DNA of 64,000 nt from the human T2T-CHM13v2.0 reference genome, Homo sapiens: NCBI RefSeq assembly GCF_009914755.1, contig NC_060928.1. One strand, 5' to 3'. Under the pieces are notes generated by a model, which did not search any database, had not been told where the DNA came from, and was given only the letters and a program-made list of their open reading frames with translations. The position numbers and the translations under genes were made by a program. Of the stretch, positions 45,300-62,340 are shown one piece after another; the first letter of the stretch is position 1; every line of letters starts with the position of its first letter.

Positions 45300-45924
45300 C
45301 ATTTGAAAACAAAAATATACAAGGCTTTATCATCATGTATTCCTTCTTCTTGGGGTGAAGTAGGAACACAACTCAATAAAACTTTTGCAAATGCAAAGGC
45401 TAAAAAGGCAATTCAAAGGCCTGTGCATTAAACATCCTGTCTCTACAGAATGTTTATCTCAGGAGGTCAAAAAATATCTGGAATGGTTTGAAAAACATAG
45501 TTCAGTCTTACTTTCAGAAAAAGTGTTGACTAAACTACTAAATTAGAGGAAGACATAAGTTTCCTTAAGAGAAGGGTTGAGTTTTGAGCAGGTAGGCTGA
45601 GCAGATAAGAAGGAAAAAGTGAGACTCTGAAGGTCTGTGTGGATAGATATAGACGAGCAAGGAGTTGCACCCAGGTCTAATACGCTTAAAGAGTTTATTG
45701 GAAAGAGAGAGATGCTTCTGATAACTACTAGACAATAAAGTATGGCTGGAACCCAAAGAAATCAAACAGAGGAAGAAAGACAAGTTCTCAGAAAACAAAT
45801 GAATTGTCTGTCCCCAAAAGGTCAAGGATGTGATAAATTACTAAAAGGCAGTTTTTTAAAAGCTGCAGATAGACATTTGATTGTAAAAACAACTGAGGAA
45901 CCATGCCTAAAAGATTGGACAACT

Positions 45925-46232
45925 GGTCAGACAAGGTGGCTCACACCTGTAATCCCAGCACTTTGGGAGGCCAAGGAATGTGGATCACTTGAGCTCAGGA
46001 GTTTTCAAGACTACCCTGGGCAACATGGCAAAAACTCGTCTCTAACAAAAATGCAAAAATTAGCCAGACGTGGTGGTGCACTCCTGTGGTCCCAGCTACC
46101 TGGGAGGCTGAGGTGGGAGGATCACTGGAGCCCAGGAAGTCAAGGCTGCAGTGAAATGTAATCATACCACTGCACTCCAGCCTAAGTGACAGAGAAAGAT
46201 TCTGTCAAAAACAGAAAAAAAAAAAAAAAAAA
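45925..46232 (+). mobile_element. AluJ
   Basis: Full Alu; 16 bp TSD aaaagattggacaact. Confidence 0.9.
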
Positions 46233-48290
46233 GATTGGACAACTATGCCAAGCAGCTTTTGAAAATCTGGATATATTGAACAGGGTAAGATCTGGAAAAT
46301 CAACATAAAATTATCCAATAATTCTTACGTATCAAGTTTCAGCCTGACACAGTTATTATAGGTGAGTACATAAGTACTGTGTGTGTAATATAATAGAAAA
46401 TTTATGGAATTAGGAAAAAGAGAAGACATAGCAAAAATGAAAAATATTTAAAAGGGAGCTGGGCAACCCATAATAGATTGAGTCCAAGCCTAGGTTAGAT
46501 GCGGATTTGAGAGGAGAACACCTTCTGGGTAGGAATTAGCCAACTCAGGAGGATAATGGTAGACAAGATTTACTTGAACATGAAAGCATTCAGCAGACCC
46601 AAAATCTACTCATATTTCTCACTATGGGAGACTTCACAAAGGAAGTCTAGAAGAGCAAGTTGGCAAAGATCATGGCCAGAAGACAAAGAGAAACTAAAAG
46701 CAAACTGAGCAAAAATTACTGAACCTACAGAAAATATAGATAGGAAATGACTAAATTAAGAAGGAAGTTAAACTCTTGCAAACTCAACAGGGCCTTCCTA
46801 GAGGAAGAGGGGACAGAGACAAAAATAGCCAGGGAAAGACAATCTCTTTACGAGGAGTAATAAAGGCTAATATGAGGAACCAACCATTCCTATGCAAAAA
46901 AGCAGGAGACAGAAGCAGCGAGAGACATGAAGGGAATCAGAGTCTCCCAAAAATGGGAAGGATAACGGGAGAGGAGAAATGATCCCATTAGCCTTAACTG
47001 GATAAGGGTTTCACAAGATCCTGATTCAGAATCAGAGATCAGAGGCATCCTGCATCTCATCTGTGTACCTTGATGCCCATAATTCCATTAATTCCCACCA
47101 GCCTTCTACCTCCAAATTCTACCTCCAAATTCTAGTCCCTGCTTTCCTGCCCTTAGGATCTGTGAGACATCAAATAAGCCAAAGATAAAATCCCCTTCGT
47201 CAGTTTAGCCAGTTCTAAGAGGTTTTCATAACCTATAATCATCAGAATGCTACCAAATACAGAATGCTCCCAATAATTTTATAGACCATCCAGGGGGATC
47301 CTAATTGAAACTGCTATTACAATCCTGAAGCCAGACAAGCAGCCCCATCTCCCAGGGTTTGGGAAATGTCCGGAGTATAAAAGTGCCTGACTCCGGAAAG
47401 TGTCACTTTCCTCCCCTCCCGACACATTCTTCTTTCAAATGGAACCATCCATGGTTTCAACTATTGTTCATGCCAGTTTAAATACATAGTGGCAGTCAAA
47501 AGAAAGAGAGAGGAATTTCTAGGAGCAAGAAAAGAAAGGGAAACTGAAAGCCAGAACAGTAAAAGTTGAGGCTAAGACATCCTGGAAATTAGGGTTAGAG
47601 GGAAATAATGAGGGTGAGGGGAGAAATTTTCTTGGACGTCAGACTAGGAGCTTGGGTCTGGGGTTTGAATGCCAAGAAAGAGACCTGAGAAAAGGCCTAG
47701 GTTAGGAGCTGGAAATGAGAACCTCAAATAAATCCAGGACTTTCACAATGCTACACTGTCAGTGAAAAGGAAGTTAGAAAGCTCCACTTAGCCCAAGGAA
47801 AGGACTAAAAAAGAGCATCCCTGTAAAAGTGAAAACAATAAAAAGCTCTTATGAGAAATGAAAAATTTGCTGTACAAATTTACATTGTACAGCAAGTGTA
47901 GAATTCCCAAGCTGTGAAATTAATATAAAAGTAGATCTCAGACTGGTAATTCTACTAGGGTGCCTATCAGAAGCAAACCAAAACCACTCTGCACTTCCGA
48001 AACTGCCCCCTGCCCGAAAAATGAGCTCACAATAAAAAATGTAAAACACATGAGAAAGTGATCTGATAAACTGTGCTAAGAGGTAGAAATAGAATATAGA
48101 CAAGTCAGTAGTCCCTGTCCTTATGGAATACATGAACTATCAAGGGAAAAATAGAGTCAATTGTTACACAAATATTCATTTAATTACTATTGTGATTAAT
48201 GCTATAGATTGAGTCATACTTTTTATGATTAAAAAATGCTGTAGAAAGTACAGCATAAATAATTTATGGCAATGTGAAAAATGAACTCAT

Positions 48291-48585
<295 letters not shown>

Positions 48586-49499
48586 TGAACTTACAAACTG
48601 ACCTCAACCTTTTTATTAAAATATGTTCAATTTAACTACAACAGAGAGCAGTCTCATGTTGAAAATACTTCAATGATTAGGAATATTAATTAATATTTAT
48701 TATAGGTACTTATATATATATAATATTAGAATTATTATTTCAGTCATAATCAAATAATTTACCTTCCCCGCTTCTTTCCACTGATGGTTTTAAATATTTT
48801 AAATAATATTTTAATACATACTTATAAAAAAAACTGTCTGAATGTTTAATATTTATGATCGGAGTTCAAGGTATTAAGAATTATGTAACATTTTCTAAAA
48901 TTATAAGAAGTTGATAAAAAGAAAAGAAGGCTTTTGAGAGTGTAGATCCCATTGTTCCATCCATCACATTTTTAAATTTTGTTTTGACGTCTTTCCACAG
49001 TTGGTATTCCCAAGCAAGAAAATATTTTTTAAATGATTGTCTCATTTCTTCCCAGCGCTAAAGTTATCTGTACTTTGAGACAAAACCAAACATAGAAATG
49101 ATAAATGTTTTAAACTATGTATATTATAGATGCACCTAATTTGCTTATGAAAAGACAAACCTCCAGATCCAAATGAGAACAGACTAAACTAATTTAAAAG
49201 AGTTCTATAAATGTTTAATACTTGCCTAGCTTTCATGTATCAACTTTTATCCTTTTCAAAGGAAACACAATTAAGAATTGTGGATGTGAATTAAGGGATT
49301 ATAAATAATCCTATTTTCAATTGAAGAAGTTAGGGGAAAGATATTTCATTTAAGATTAAGTTGTATATTAACAGTATACTAAATTGTTCACTACTTTCAA
49401 AAAGAAAAAATGTCCATGACTACAAATAAAGTTTGTCTTAGGGTAGATTTTTTAAAAATGCAAAAGTGAAATATCTCCTGAAATTATTAAACAAAATGT

Positions 49500-51110
<1,611 letters not shown>

Positions 51111-51730
51111 GCCCCAGCTGCCATGTGGGCGCCATGCTCACCCTGTCCCAGACGCCGTGCTCATTCTGCCCTGGCTCTCCTATGCATGGACACCTTCCTC
51201 CTCCTACTCAGACCCTGAACCCCATCTTAGGTTGACCTCCACACACACCATCCTTACCCTGCTTAGGCACCAACATACTCTGCTGGCCACCTGTCCTTGT
51301 TGATGTGGCTGACGTGCTGCTGTCCCTCCCCACACTTTAGAACCCACCTTACTCTGTCCACTGAACCATTCAGGACTCAGTTGTTCACCAAGGAGCAAGG
51401 AATAGGAAAATCCAAAGTTTTGAAATCTATGGAAAGCAATCAATGCTATTCCTTTTTTTTTTTTTTTTACTCCTTTTTTCTCCTAAAGCATATATAAAGG
51501 AGAATAACAATACAAGAGCATTTTTAGGAGTGGCTGACATGAAATGATTTGAGAATATTGTTAGGAATATATGTTTCTTATTCAAAGAGCATTTTTGTTC
51601 CTCTTATTTGCATTCAGTTAATAGAGGTAGTGTTAAACAACAACAGAAAAAAAAAAAAAATACACACACAGTGCTACCAGGAGGCCAAACAGGTAAGCTG
51701 AGCTTGTCATAAAACAACTCGGACCACTGA

Positions 51731-51970
<240 letters not shown>

Positions 51971-52239
51971 TAATTTCAAACAGGATGGAAACTCAATTCT
52001 ATTGTTATGATTCTATTGTTCTGCAGAAGAGGGCAGAATAAAAAGCACCACAGGCCAGATTAGAGCTGTGTATCCAAGTCTAGATTTTGAATTCAAAAAA
52101 CCACAAAGGCCAAGGGGAAAGAGAACGCTAAACTCTCAAGTTTGTCCTAACCTCTTTAGGGAATGAAACTGGACACAGCCAGACAGTCCTTCAGTCATTC
52201 CTAGCTTGAAAGATCCCTCCCCACTCTGCCTTGCTTACC

Positions 52240-52320
52240 CAACGTGGGCAGCTGAGTGTGACAGCTTTGAGGGGCCTCCCCAGGGCTATTTTTAACCTGG
52301 TGTTATCTGCTTACAGACTT
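52240..52320. promoter_or_regulatory. Candidate cardiac enhancer core (E-box, MEIS, MEF2, T-box-like and GATA motifs)
   Basis: CAGCTG 52249-54, TGACAG 52259-64, CTATTTTTAA 52286-95, tGGTGTTA 52298-305, TTATCT 52303-08. Motif evidence only. Confidence 0.5.
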
Positions 52321-52699
52321 TCCACCAGGGCAGCCGCAGGTCCAGGGAGTCACTCCACCTGGGAAATGTGAGCACACCGCTGGCCTGTGGCAAATGAGGT
52401 ATTTTTAACTGAGACTTGAGAAGCTCAGAATTGTCATCTGCTTCAGGCCTCAGGGTGCGAGACACAAAACAGAGCCAAGCAAGAGAGGCTGTGTGCGGAC
52501 TCTCCAGTTCCTTAGCAACCAATTGCTGGGCTTGTTGCTGGAGGAGGGCTCTGTAAGTGTCCGGATCAGCGATGGAAAGCCAGCCTCAGAGTCTTTCCTG
52601 GCAATTATGTGGCCCCCTCCCCATAGAAGTGAGGCCTGGGAGTCCCCCTTGCAGGCGAGGTATTCTGCCGGGCTTTCCCACACCACACCTATCTGCGGC

Positions 52700-52855
52700 T
52701 AATTAGCATCACCTGGGACTTGTTAGACACATGAATTCTTGGGTCTCAACCCAGACCTGTTAAATTAGAAACTGACAATGGGACCCAGCGATCCATGTTG
52801 GATCAGACCCTCCAGGTAATTCTCATGCACACTAAAGTTCTAGGATCACTGGCCT
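52700..52855. mobile_element. MER5A
   Basis: agcatcacctgggacttgttaga...ccctccaggtaattctcatgcacactaaagtt. Confidence 0.75.
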
Positions 52856-53013
52856 AATCACACATTCGCTAACATTCATAGATAAAGACGTAAGAGTAAC
52901 ACTTGAATCCCACCAAGCCCACATTGCAGTAATTCTTTTAAATGAATAACTTTTAGAACATTTTTACACTTACCAGAAAAAAAAAGTGAGCAGATAGTAA
53001 AAATCACCAGTAA

Positions 53014-53335
<322 letters not shown>

Positions 53336-53632
53336 AACCATTGCTTTTTTCTGCTGCTCACTGTACCCTAATAAGAAAACCTCCTTCCTCTGTTCGTCCT
53401 TAAAGGCAGTGATAAGACACCAACTGAGTTTTTGCCATCAAAGGCGGCAATTGGGTCAGAGAAAGAAATAGACCCCAGCGCTAAGGGAAGATAGCAGTAA
53501 TGCACAAAAACCCTAGGAATGACTGCAAATGCCTACCCCAGCACAAGCTGAGATGAACAACTGTGATTGTCTAAGACTCTGCAGCCAGGGCAACACCTTC
53601 ACAAAACACGCTTGGAAATGATGTGAATATTT

Positions 53633-54130
53633 GTGTATCAGTTATATAGTTGTTTCTTCTTGCTGCTGTAACAAATTACCATACACTTAGTAGTTTAAAG
53701 CAACACAAATTTATTGTCTCACAGTTCTGGAGGTTGGAAGTCTGAAATCAGTTTCACTGGACTAAAGTCAAGGTGTTATCAAGGCTGCTTCCTTCTGAAG
53801 GCTCTCAGGGGAAAATCTGTGTCTTTTTCAGCTTATAGTGGCTGTGTCTATTCCCTGGCTTGTGGCCCCTTCCTGTATCTTCAAAGCACATTTCTCCTCC
53901 CATCTCTACATCCACCATCACTAATTGTCACATGTGATTCTGACCTTTCTGCCTCTCTAAGGGCTTTGTGATCACATCAGGACCTCCCACATAATTCAAG
54001 ATAATCTCCCCATCTCAAAATCCTTTATTTAATTACATTTGCAAAGTCCCTTTTGACATAGAAAATAATATTCACAGGTCTCAGGCATTAGTATGTGGGT
54101 TTATCTAGGGGGTCATTGTTCGGAACATCT
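53633..54130 (-). mobile_element. MLT1-type MaLR LTR
   Basis: tgctgctgtaacaaattaccatacacttagtagtttaaagcaacacaaatttatt...ataatctccccatctcaaaatcctt. Confidence 0.85.
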
Positions 54131-54139
54131 CGCTCCATA

Positions 54140-54455
54140 AAGCCCTGTACCCTCTAATGCCATAGACACTCGCTATGTGTTGTCATTGAGCACCTGCAAT
54201 GCAGCTCATTTGAACTGAGAAATGCTATAAGGGTAGTGAAATTTAAAGACTTGTTATGAAAAAAAGGTAAAAGATTTCATTAATAATTTTTATGTTGATT
54301 ACATATTAAAATTATAAAATCTTGGATATATTGAGTTAAATAAGCTATCTTATTAAGATTAAATTCATCTGTTTCTTTTTGCTTTTTCAAGTGCAGCTAC
54401 TAGACAATTTTAAATTACATCTGTGGCTAACATTATATTTCTATTGGAGCAGTCC
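54140..54455. mobile_element. MER33 (hAT-Charlie)
   Basis: tttaaagacttgttatgaaaaaaa...tatgttgattacatattaaa...gctactagacaattttaaattacatctgtggct. Confidence 0.75.
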
Positions 54456-55884
54456 TACTACAGACCATAAAGGAGGCAGGGTGACATTAACTTTCAGTTG
54501 TTTTATTTTTGCCTTACTTATAAGAGAGCCCAGACTTTGGAAGCAACATTTCTTCTTTCTCTAGAGAGAGCCACTAAATTCCTGCAATTAAGATGTCAAT
54601 TCAAGAGAGATATTTTATTAGGGATATGCACAACTAGATAAGCGTAACAATAAAAAAAATACATTTATCCAGCAACATGCATTCTAATAAAGCATTTTCA
54701 TTAATACATTCTTTCATTAAGTCCTCATTACAGCCTTGTAAGAGATGTATTATTCCAACTTTTCAGAGAAGAAAATGGAGCCTAAGGGAAATTAACTTGC
54801 TGGAGGAGCACCCAGTCAGTAAGTGATAAGCTAGAACTTGAGCCCATGTCTATGCACCTCTGCACCCAAGGCTGCCTGACTGATTTCCTGGTTTGGGTTT
54901 AGTGGTTTAATCAGGCTCACTCTACTTCCTGAGTGGTTTTACTTTCCACCCTCCTAAATTTCAGAGATCTCAGGATTTTCCCTTTCTACCTTAAAGTTCT
55001 GCTCTTTTGCTATTCTGAGCACATTTTTATTATGTTTTTTTAAAAATTATTTCTTAACTTTGAAGGCATAGGGGCATATTTCCCACCCAGTTATTTAAAG
55101 AAGATTTTCTCCTGTGTCACACTTCCTCAGCACCCAGAGGCACACCTGGCACCCAGCTTGATCCTGGGCCATCTGGTGGAAGAGCCCTGATACCAATGAC
55201 TGTCTCTCCTCGTTCTGTTCACCACCCATAGCTGCATACATAGGTAAGATGTTCGGATCTGACCTCTAGCCAGAGTAGATACCCTCAGAGAAACCAGAGC
55301 TATGGTAGTTTAAACTGCCTCCCAGCTTTCCTCTGATCAGTCTTTTGGGGTTGAACAGGCAATTTTTCACTTTGGCAGAGGGTCACTGTAAGAAGAATTA
55401 GCAAATGCCCACTAAGAGGGAAGTGGACACTAAGGTCATGTAGGATGCCCCTTACCCAGGCAGCACTCCTATGGCATAATCAGAAGTATGTGTTTGTTTT
55501 TTTTCCCAATTCCTGACACAGGACTCCTTAAATCCCTTGGAATATCCTGAGTGATAAGAGTGATAAGAGCACCTTTTGTTCTAACTTTTGTTCTAACGAG
55601 GTGATTCTTGGATTCTTGAAAACTCCTAGCTAGCTTCAGGATAGGGGCTGGTCTCCAGAAAAACCAAACTTTGATTAGAAGCCTAGAGTTTTCAGCCCTA
55701 CTCCCCAACCTCCTGGGAGGAGAGAGGGCTAGACATTGAATTAATAACCACATACTCATGCCTGTGTGATGAACAAAATCTCCATAAAAACCCCTAAGTG
55801 TCAGGGCTTAGAGTTTCTGAATTGGTGAACACATCTACATTCTGGGAGCACTCCAACTCCATGGGGACAGAAGCTCCTGCACTT

Positions 55885-56697
<813 letters not shown>

Positions 56698-58129
56698 GAC
56701 CCTTCTGGACCTTCTGGACCTTCTGGACCTTGGCCTAGGCACCTCTTCATCTGGCTGTTCATTCGTATCCTTTATCATAAACCAGTGAATGTGAGTTAAG
56801 TGTTGTCCTGAGTTCTGTGAGCCATCAGGGCAAATTATCAAACCTGAAGAGGGAGGGAGTTATGGGAACCCCTGATTCATGGCCAATCAGTCAGAAGTGC
56901 AGGTGGCCCAGAACTTGCAACTGTCATCTAAAGTGGGGGCAGTCTTGTGGGATCTGGCACTAACTCCAGGTAGATAGTGTCAGAATTGAGTTGAATTATT
57001 GGACACCCAGTTGGTGTCAGAGAGTTGCAGCAGTGGTGTCAGGAAAGATACCATGCATCTGGTGTCAGGAAGGAAAAAACACACCACTTGTCAGCTATCA
57101 GAAAGGGAAGAGAGAAACAATAAAGTAAAATGGGACAGTGTCCTGCTCATTTTCTGCTGCCACATAAAAATTATAGCCTTTAGATTGAAAAAGGCCCTGA
57201 AAGAGTAAATAGTCCAACTACCTCATTTTACACAAGTAAACCAGGATCTAAAAGGTTAACTGACTTCTGTAAAATCTCAGCAACCTAATACCAACTTCTT
57301 ATTGAACTCCCCTTTCTGATGATGCTTGACTTGGACAAAACTGTTTTAAAGGATGACAGAGAAATAGTAAATAAAACAATATAGCTTTGATTTCCAAACC
57401 ACACTACAGAGAAGTAGCATCTTGCTCCCAGAATAAGGCTCTAAAATAGGCACATGAAGATGAAAATCATGTACTGTCAAACTAACCCCTGAAAAGCCTT
57501 AAGAGAGTGTCACATTGGAGACCAATGTAACTTCCAACAATAAATCCCACATGGTGTTTGTTTTTTTTTTGTTTCAGAGCTGGAACAGGCTCATCGGTTG
57601 AGTACCAGATTAATTAATTGGCTTGAGGTTAGGGAATAAAATGGCACAATCTTTAAACCCAGGATCACACGTGGAACTGCAAAAAGGATACACATAAAAG
57701 GCACCAGGTTCTGAAACTAATGGCAGATTCCTTTCTCTCATCTTTTGCTCTTACTCCAGGACACTGAATAGAATGACTCATATTAATTAAACATTCATCT
57801 CTCCTCCCTGCACTCATGGTTTAGGGTTTATTGCTTAGTTAGAAACCAAGCTTCACAAGTGCATGAATCCCTGTTTTGTTCATAGATGTCTCCTAAGTGC
57901 CTAATAATATACCTGTCACATAAATGTTTGTTAAATAAGGAGATGAATGTATTCTTTTTGTCCAGCCTGTATAGTTGAATTCTCATACATTAAAGCTATT
58001 TAGGTCTAGCTATGGCTTTCACTTCTTGGGAAGTTGTGGTGCTATTACCAGAAAAATTCAAACAGAACTATGCATAAAAAGATTTTTCACCATTCAGGAG
58101 GTTCTTGGAGTCTCAGATTAAGATTTCCT

Positions 58130-58290
58130 GGTACTGTCAATCTCTATCTATGACACTTCAGCAGAATGACACTTTTGTGGCTTCAGAGACACTGACACCT
58201 ACTTTCACAGCTGCATAGGACTTTAAAACTCCCCCAAAGTGCTACAAACAAAAAGTACTCTTCAAGTGCTGTCAACCTAAAGGTTAACAG
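58130..58290. promoter_or_regulatory. Candidate cardiac enhancer (GATA, T-box, E-box, NKX2-5 and MEIS motifs)
   Basis: CTATCT 58144-49, TGACACCT 58193-200, CAGCTG 58208-13, TCAAGTG 58262-68, CTGTCA 58134-39 and 58269-74. Motif evidence only. Confidence 0.4.
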
Positions 58291-59052
58291 GTTGAAGGGA
58301 CCCTGGGCTAAGGAAGCACAAGCTGGAGACACCAAAATGGTCTTCGCAACTCGCCTCTATATTTTCTGCCCTGCTCCTAAGCCAGCCTGTTGGCCGACTG
58401 GCCCTTCTCCACAGATGTCATCTTGAGCCTCTTACAGAGTTTCAGCACTGACATTAATGACAAGATGGATCACCTACAGGACAACCTTGGATCCTCAACC
58501 AGCCTGATTAAGCATTGACACTGCATTTGTCACCACCAGCTCTGATGGTTTGGACATGTAGAAATGTATTGCAGGAGAATATGCAAACAGCTGCTGTAAG
58601 GTGAGCTGATTGGGACAACTGCCAGCAGGCAGAAGGGAAGGCATAATTAATGGGCACCCTTCAGCAGAGCTCAGAGCAGACCAAACGCCAATGCAGAAGG
58701 CTCAAGAAAGAGGCAAACAGACTAGCCACTGCTCCAGGATGACTGTGGCTCTTTATGAGTGAAGAGAAAGGGTGGAGACTGAAGACAGAACTGGGGACAG
58801 TGACAGGCTTGGGGAAGAACAGCTGATTCAGCAGTCCCAAGGTGAGTCATCCCATGTGTTCCACACCCAGGTAGAAAGCGCTCATTAGCAGAACATAATC
58901 TCCCAACCTGCATGATGATCGTCTGTCCATGAGAATAATAAACATTACAGATTGTGCTTGCACTAAAGCAGATTTAGTAAAGCCTCAGGAACAGAATATA
59001 CTTCATGGGGTAAGAAATCCAGCTAGGGAAAAGACTGACCTATCTATGCATC

Positions 59053-59250
59053 TGTAATGGGTTGAATAGTGTCTCCAAAATATATGTTCACCGAGAACCT
59101 CAACATGTGTCCTTCCTTTGCATATAGGGTCTTTGCAGTTGAAGTTAGTTAGGACAAGGTCATACTGGATTAGGGTGAAGCCTAAATCCAATATGACTGA
59201 TGTTCTTATAATAAGAGAACACACAGAAACACACACCAGGAAGGCCATGG
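59053..59250 (+). mobile_element. MLT1 LTR 5' fragment
   Basis: tgtaatgggttgaatagtgtc...aggtcatactggattagggtg..cctaaatccaatatgactg. Confidence 0.8.
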
Positions 59251-59702
59251 AAGTAAAATATATAGTTTGTCAAATGAGGATGAGTTCAAGAAGGGGTCCT
59301 ACGTAGTGAGGTGGAGTATTAGTTTTTAAGCCTGATTAAATTAAACACTTGGTGGATCTTTCCCCCAAACATTGTACTTAGTATTATAGTGCTTTCATTC
59401 TTGTAAAAAATGGTACAACATGTAGGAGTACATATGGAGGGAGAAGAGCCTCCTTCTGTTGTATTAGTTTCTGCTGTAAAACCAGGAAAATCATCGGCCA
59501 TAAAGCTCATAGGGAGGGAAAAGAACAATACATAAGCAAAATCATCAAGGCTGAAGGGGAGAACTCAGAGGATTATGTGACTAATACTCACTTGTCAGTG
59601 ATTTATACATCAATCTGGCCATTTACTATTCAACAAATGCCTAGGCCATGTAAGAGACCTCAACAAACGGAAGTGATTCTGCTATAGGAAACCACTTCTT
59701 AA

Positions 59703-60089
<387 letters not shown>

Positions 60090-60169
60090 TAAAATCTTAT
60101 ATCATCACTCAAGCAAAAGAAAGCTCTAGAACTGCCTGAGAGAACAGCCTGCAACGAAGGAGATCATGT

Positions 60170-60330
60170 ATCTGTGCTGCCCAATACAGTTGCCACCAGC
60201 TTTATAAAATAACTGAGCACTTAAAATGTGCCCAAGGAGACTGAAGAAATAAATTTTTAATTTGATTTAATGTTGATTAAATTTAAACAACCACAATTGG
60301 CTAAGAGCTACTCCATTGCATCACATGGCT
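60170..60330. mobile_element. MER3-like element
   Basis: ctgtgctgcccaatacagttgccaccagc...actgagcacttaaaatgtg...aaatttttaatttgatttaat. Confidence 0.7.
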
Positions 60331-60429
60331 CTAGAGTCACAGAAAGCTGCCTGTGGAAAAAGTCTTGAGACATTTCTCACCAAGTCTAGGATGAGACTGG
60401 ATCCTCAAGTAAAAACAGATTAGGAAACA

Positions 60430-62130
60430 AATCACCAAAGCAATTACGAGCAAGAAAAAAAAAAGCTAGAGGTATCATACGTCATGATTTCAAAATATAT
60501 TACAAAGCTACACTAATCAAAACAGTATGGTACTCATATGAAAACAGCCATATGGCCAAACAGAAGAGAGATCCCAGAAATAAACTCATACATACATAGT
60601 TGACAAGGATGCCAAGAATATACAATGGAGGAAAGATATGTCTTCAACAAATGGTGCTGGGAAAACTGGCTACACATATGCAAAAGAATAACATTGGAAC
60701 TTTATCTCATGCCATGCACAAAAATCAAGTTAAAATGGATTAAAGACTTAACCATAAGACCTGAAACTGTAAAATTTCTGAAAGAAAACATAAAGGAAAA
60801 TCTTGACATTGACCTCGGCGATAATTTCTTGGATACGACACCAAAAGCATAGGCAAAAAAAAAAAAAAAAAGCAATAATAACCAAATAAGATTATGCTAA
60901 ACTAAAAAGCTTCTGCATAGCAAACGATATGATCAACAAAATGAAAAGGCAATCTATAAAGTGGGAGAAAATATTTGCGAATCATATATCTGATAAAGGA
61001 TTAATATCCAACATATATAAGGAACTCCTTCAATTCAGTAGCCAAAAAGCTAATAGCCTGATTTTAAAATGGGAAAAAGACCTAAATAGACATTACTCCA
61101 AAGAAGACATAAAAATGGCCAGTAAGTATATGAAAGATGCTCAACATCACCAATCAACAGAGAATTACAAATCAAAACCACAAAGAGATTTCAGCCCTTT
61201 GCCACTGTTAATGTGATCAAAAAACAAAAGATAACAAGTGTTGGATGCCAAGAAAATGCATCTCTTGTATATGGTTCATGGGAATGTAAATTGGTGCAAC
61301 CATTATGGGAAAGAGTATGGAAGTTCCTCAAAAAAATTAAAAATAGAACTATCATATGATCCAGCATATGATACCAGCATACAGTATAGAACTAACATAT
61401 GATCCCATTTCTAGATATGTAACCAAAGAATTTAAAATTGGGATCTTGAAAAGACATCTGCATTCCCATGTGCATTGCAGCATTATTCACAATAGCAAAA
61501 ACATAGGAGCAGCCTAATGTCCACTGATAGATGAATGGATAAAGAAAAATGGGGTATATATAAACTGTATGTATATATACATACAGTACAATATTACTCA
61601 GCCTTAACAAAGAAACAAATCCTACCATTTCTGACAGCAGAGATGAACCTAGAGGACACTATGCTAAGTGAAATAAGCCAGACACAGAAGGACAAATACT
61701 ACATGATCCCACTTAATTGAGGAATCTTAAAACAGTCAAACTCATAGAAGCAGAGAGTGGAATGGTGGTTTCCCAGAGGAGGAGGAAATGGGGAGGTATT
61801 GGACCAAGGGTATAAAGTTTCAGTAATGCAAGATAAATAAGTCCTAGAAATCTACTACACAGCATGGCTTCTGTAGTTAAGAATACTATATTCTATACTT
61901 AAAAATTTGCTAGGTGGGTAGATCTTATGTTAAGTGTCCTTATAACAAAATAATAATAACAATAATAAAGATGGCAGAAGGGAACTTTTGAAGATGATGG
62001 ATAGGTTTGTGACATTAATTGTGGTGACGGTTTTATAGATGTATACTTGTTTCCAAACCTATCACATTGTTTACATTAAATATATACAGGTTTTTGCTCG
62101 CCAATACTTCAATAAAGTAGTTTTTTAAAA
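60430..62130 (+). mobile_element. L1MA/MB 3' portion (ORF2 C-terminus plus 3'UTR)
   Basis: Track ORFs 60625+, 60929+ and 61535+ are decayed ORF2 frames ([17 protein letters not shown]). 3'UTR with aataaa near 62111. Confidence 0.88.
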
Positions 62131-62224
62131 AAAGGTTAGGGAACCTTCACCAGAATATACCACTATTACATAAAGTACTTCTAGTACATATTCCACAGTC
62201 TGCAGTGTCCTTACCAGTGGTCAG

Positions 62225-62340
62225 TAGTACCATCTACATTTTCTGACCAAGGAAACTGAGGCCCAGCAAGATTATTTGACTTGCCCAGAGCCTTGCGGTT
62301 CTTAAGGGGCAGAGTCAGAGGTCTGACACCAAAGCTCCTA
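62225..62340 (-). mobile_element. MIR
   Basis: ggaaactgaggcccag...tgacttgcccagag. Confidence 0.7.
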
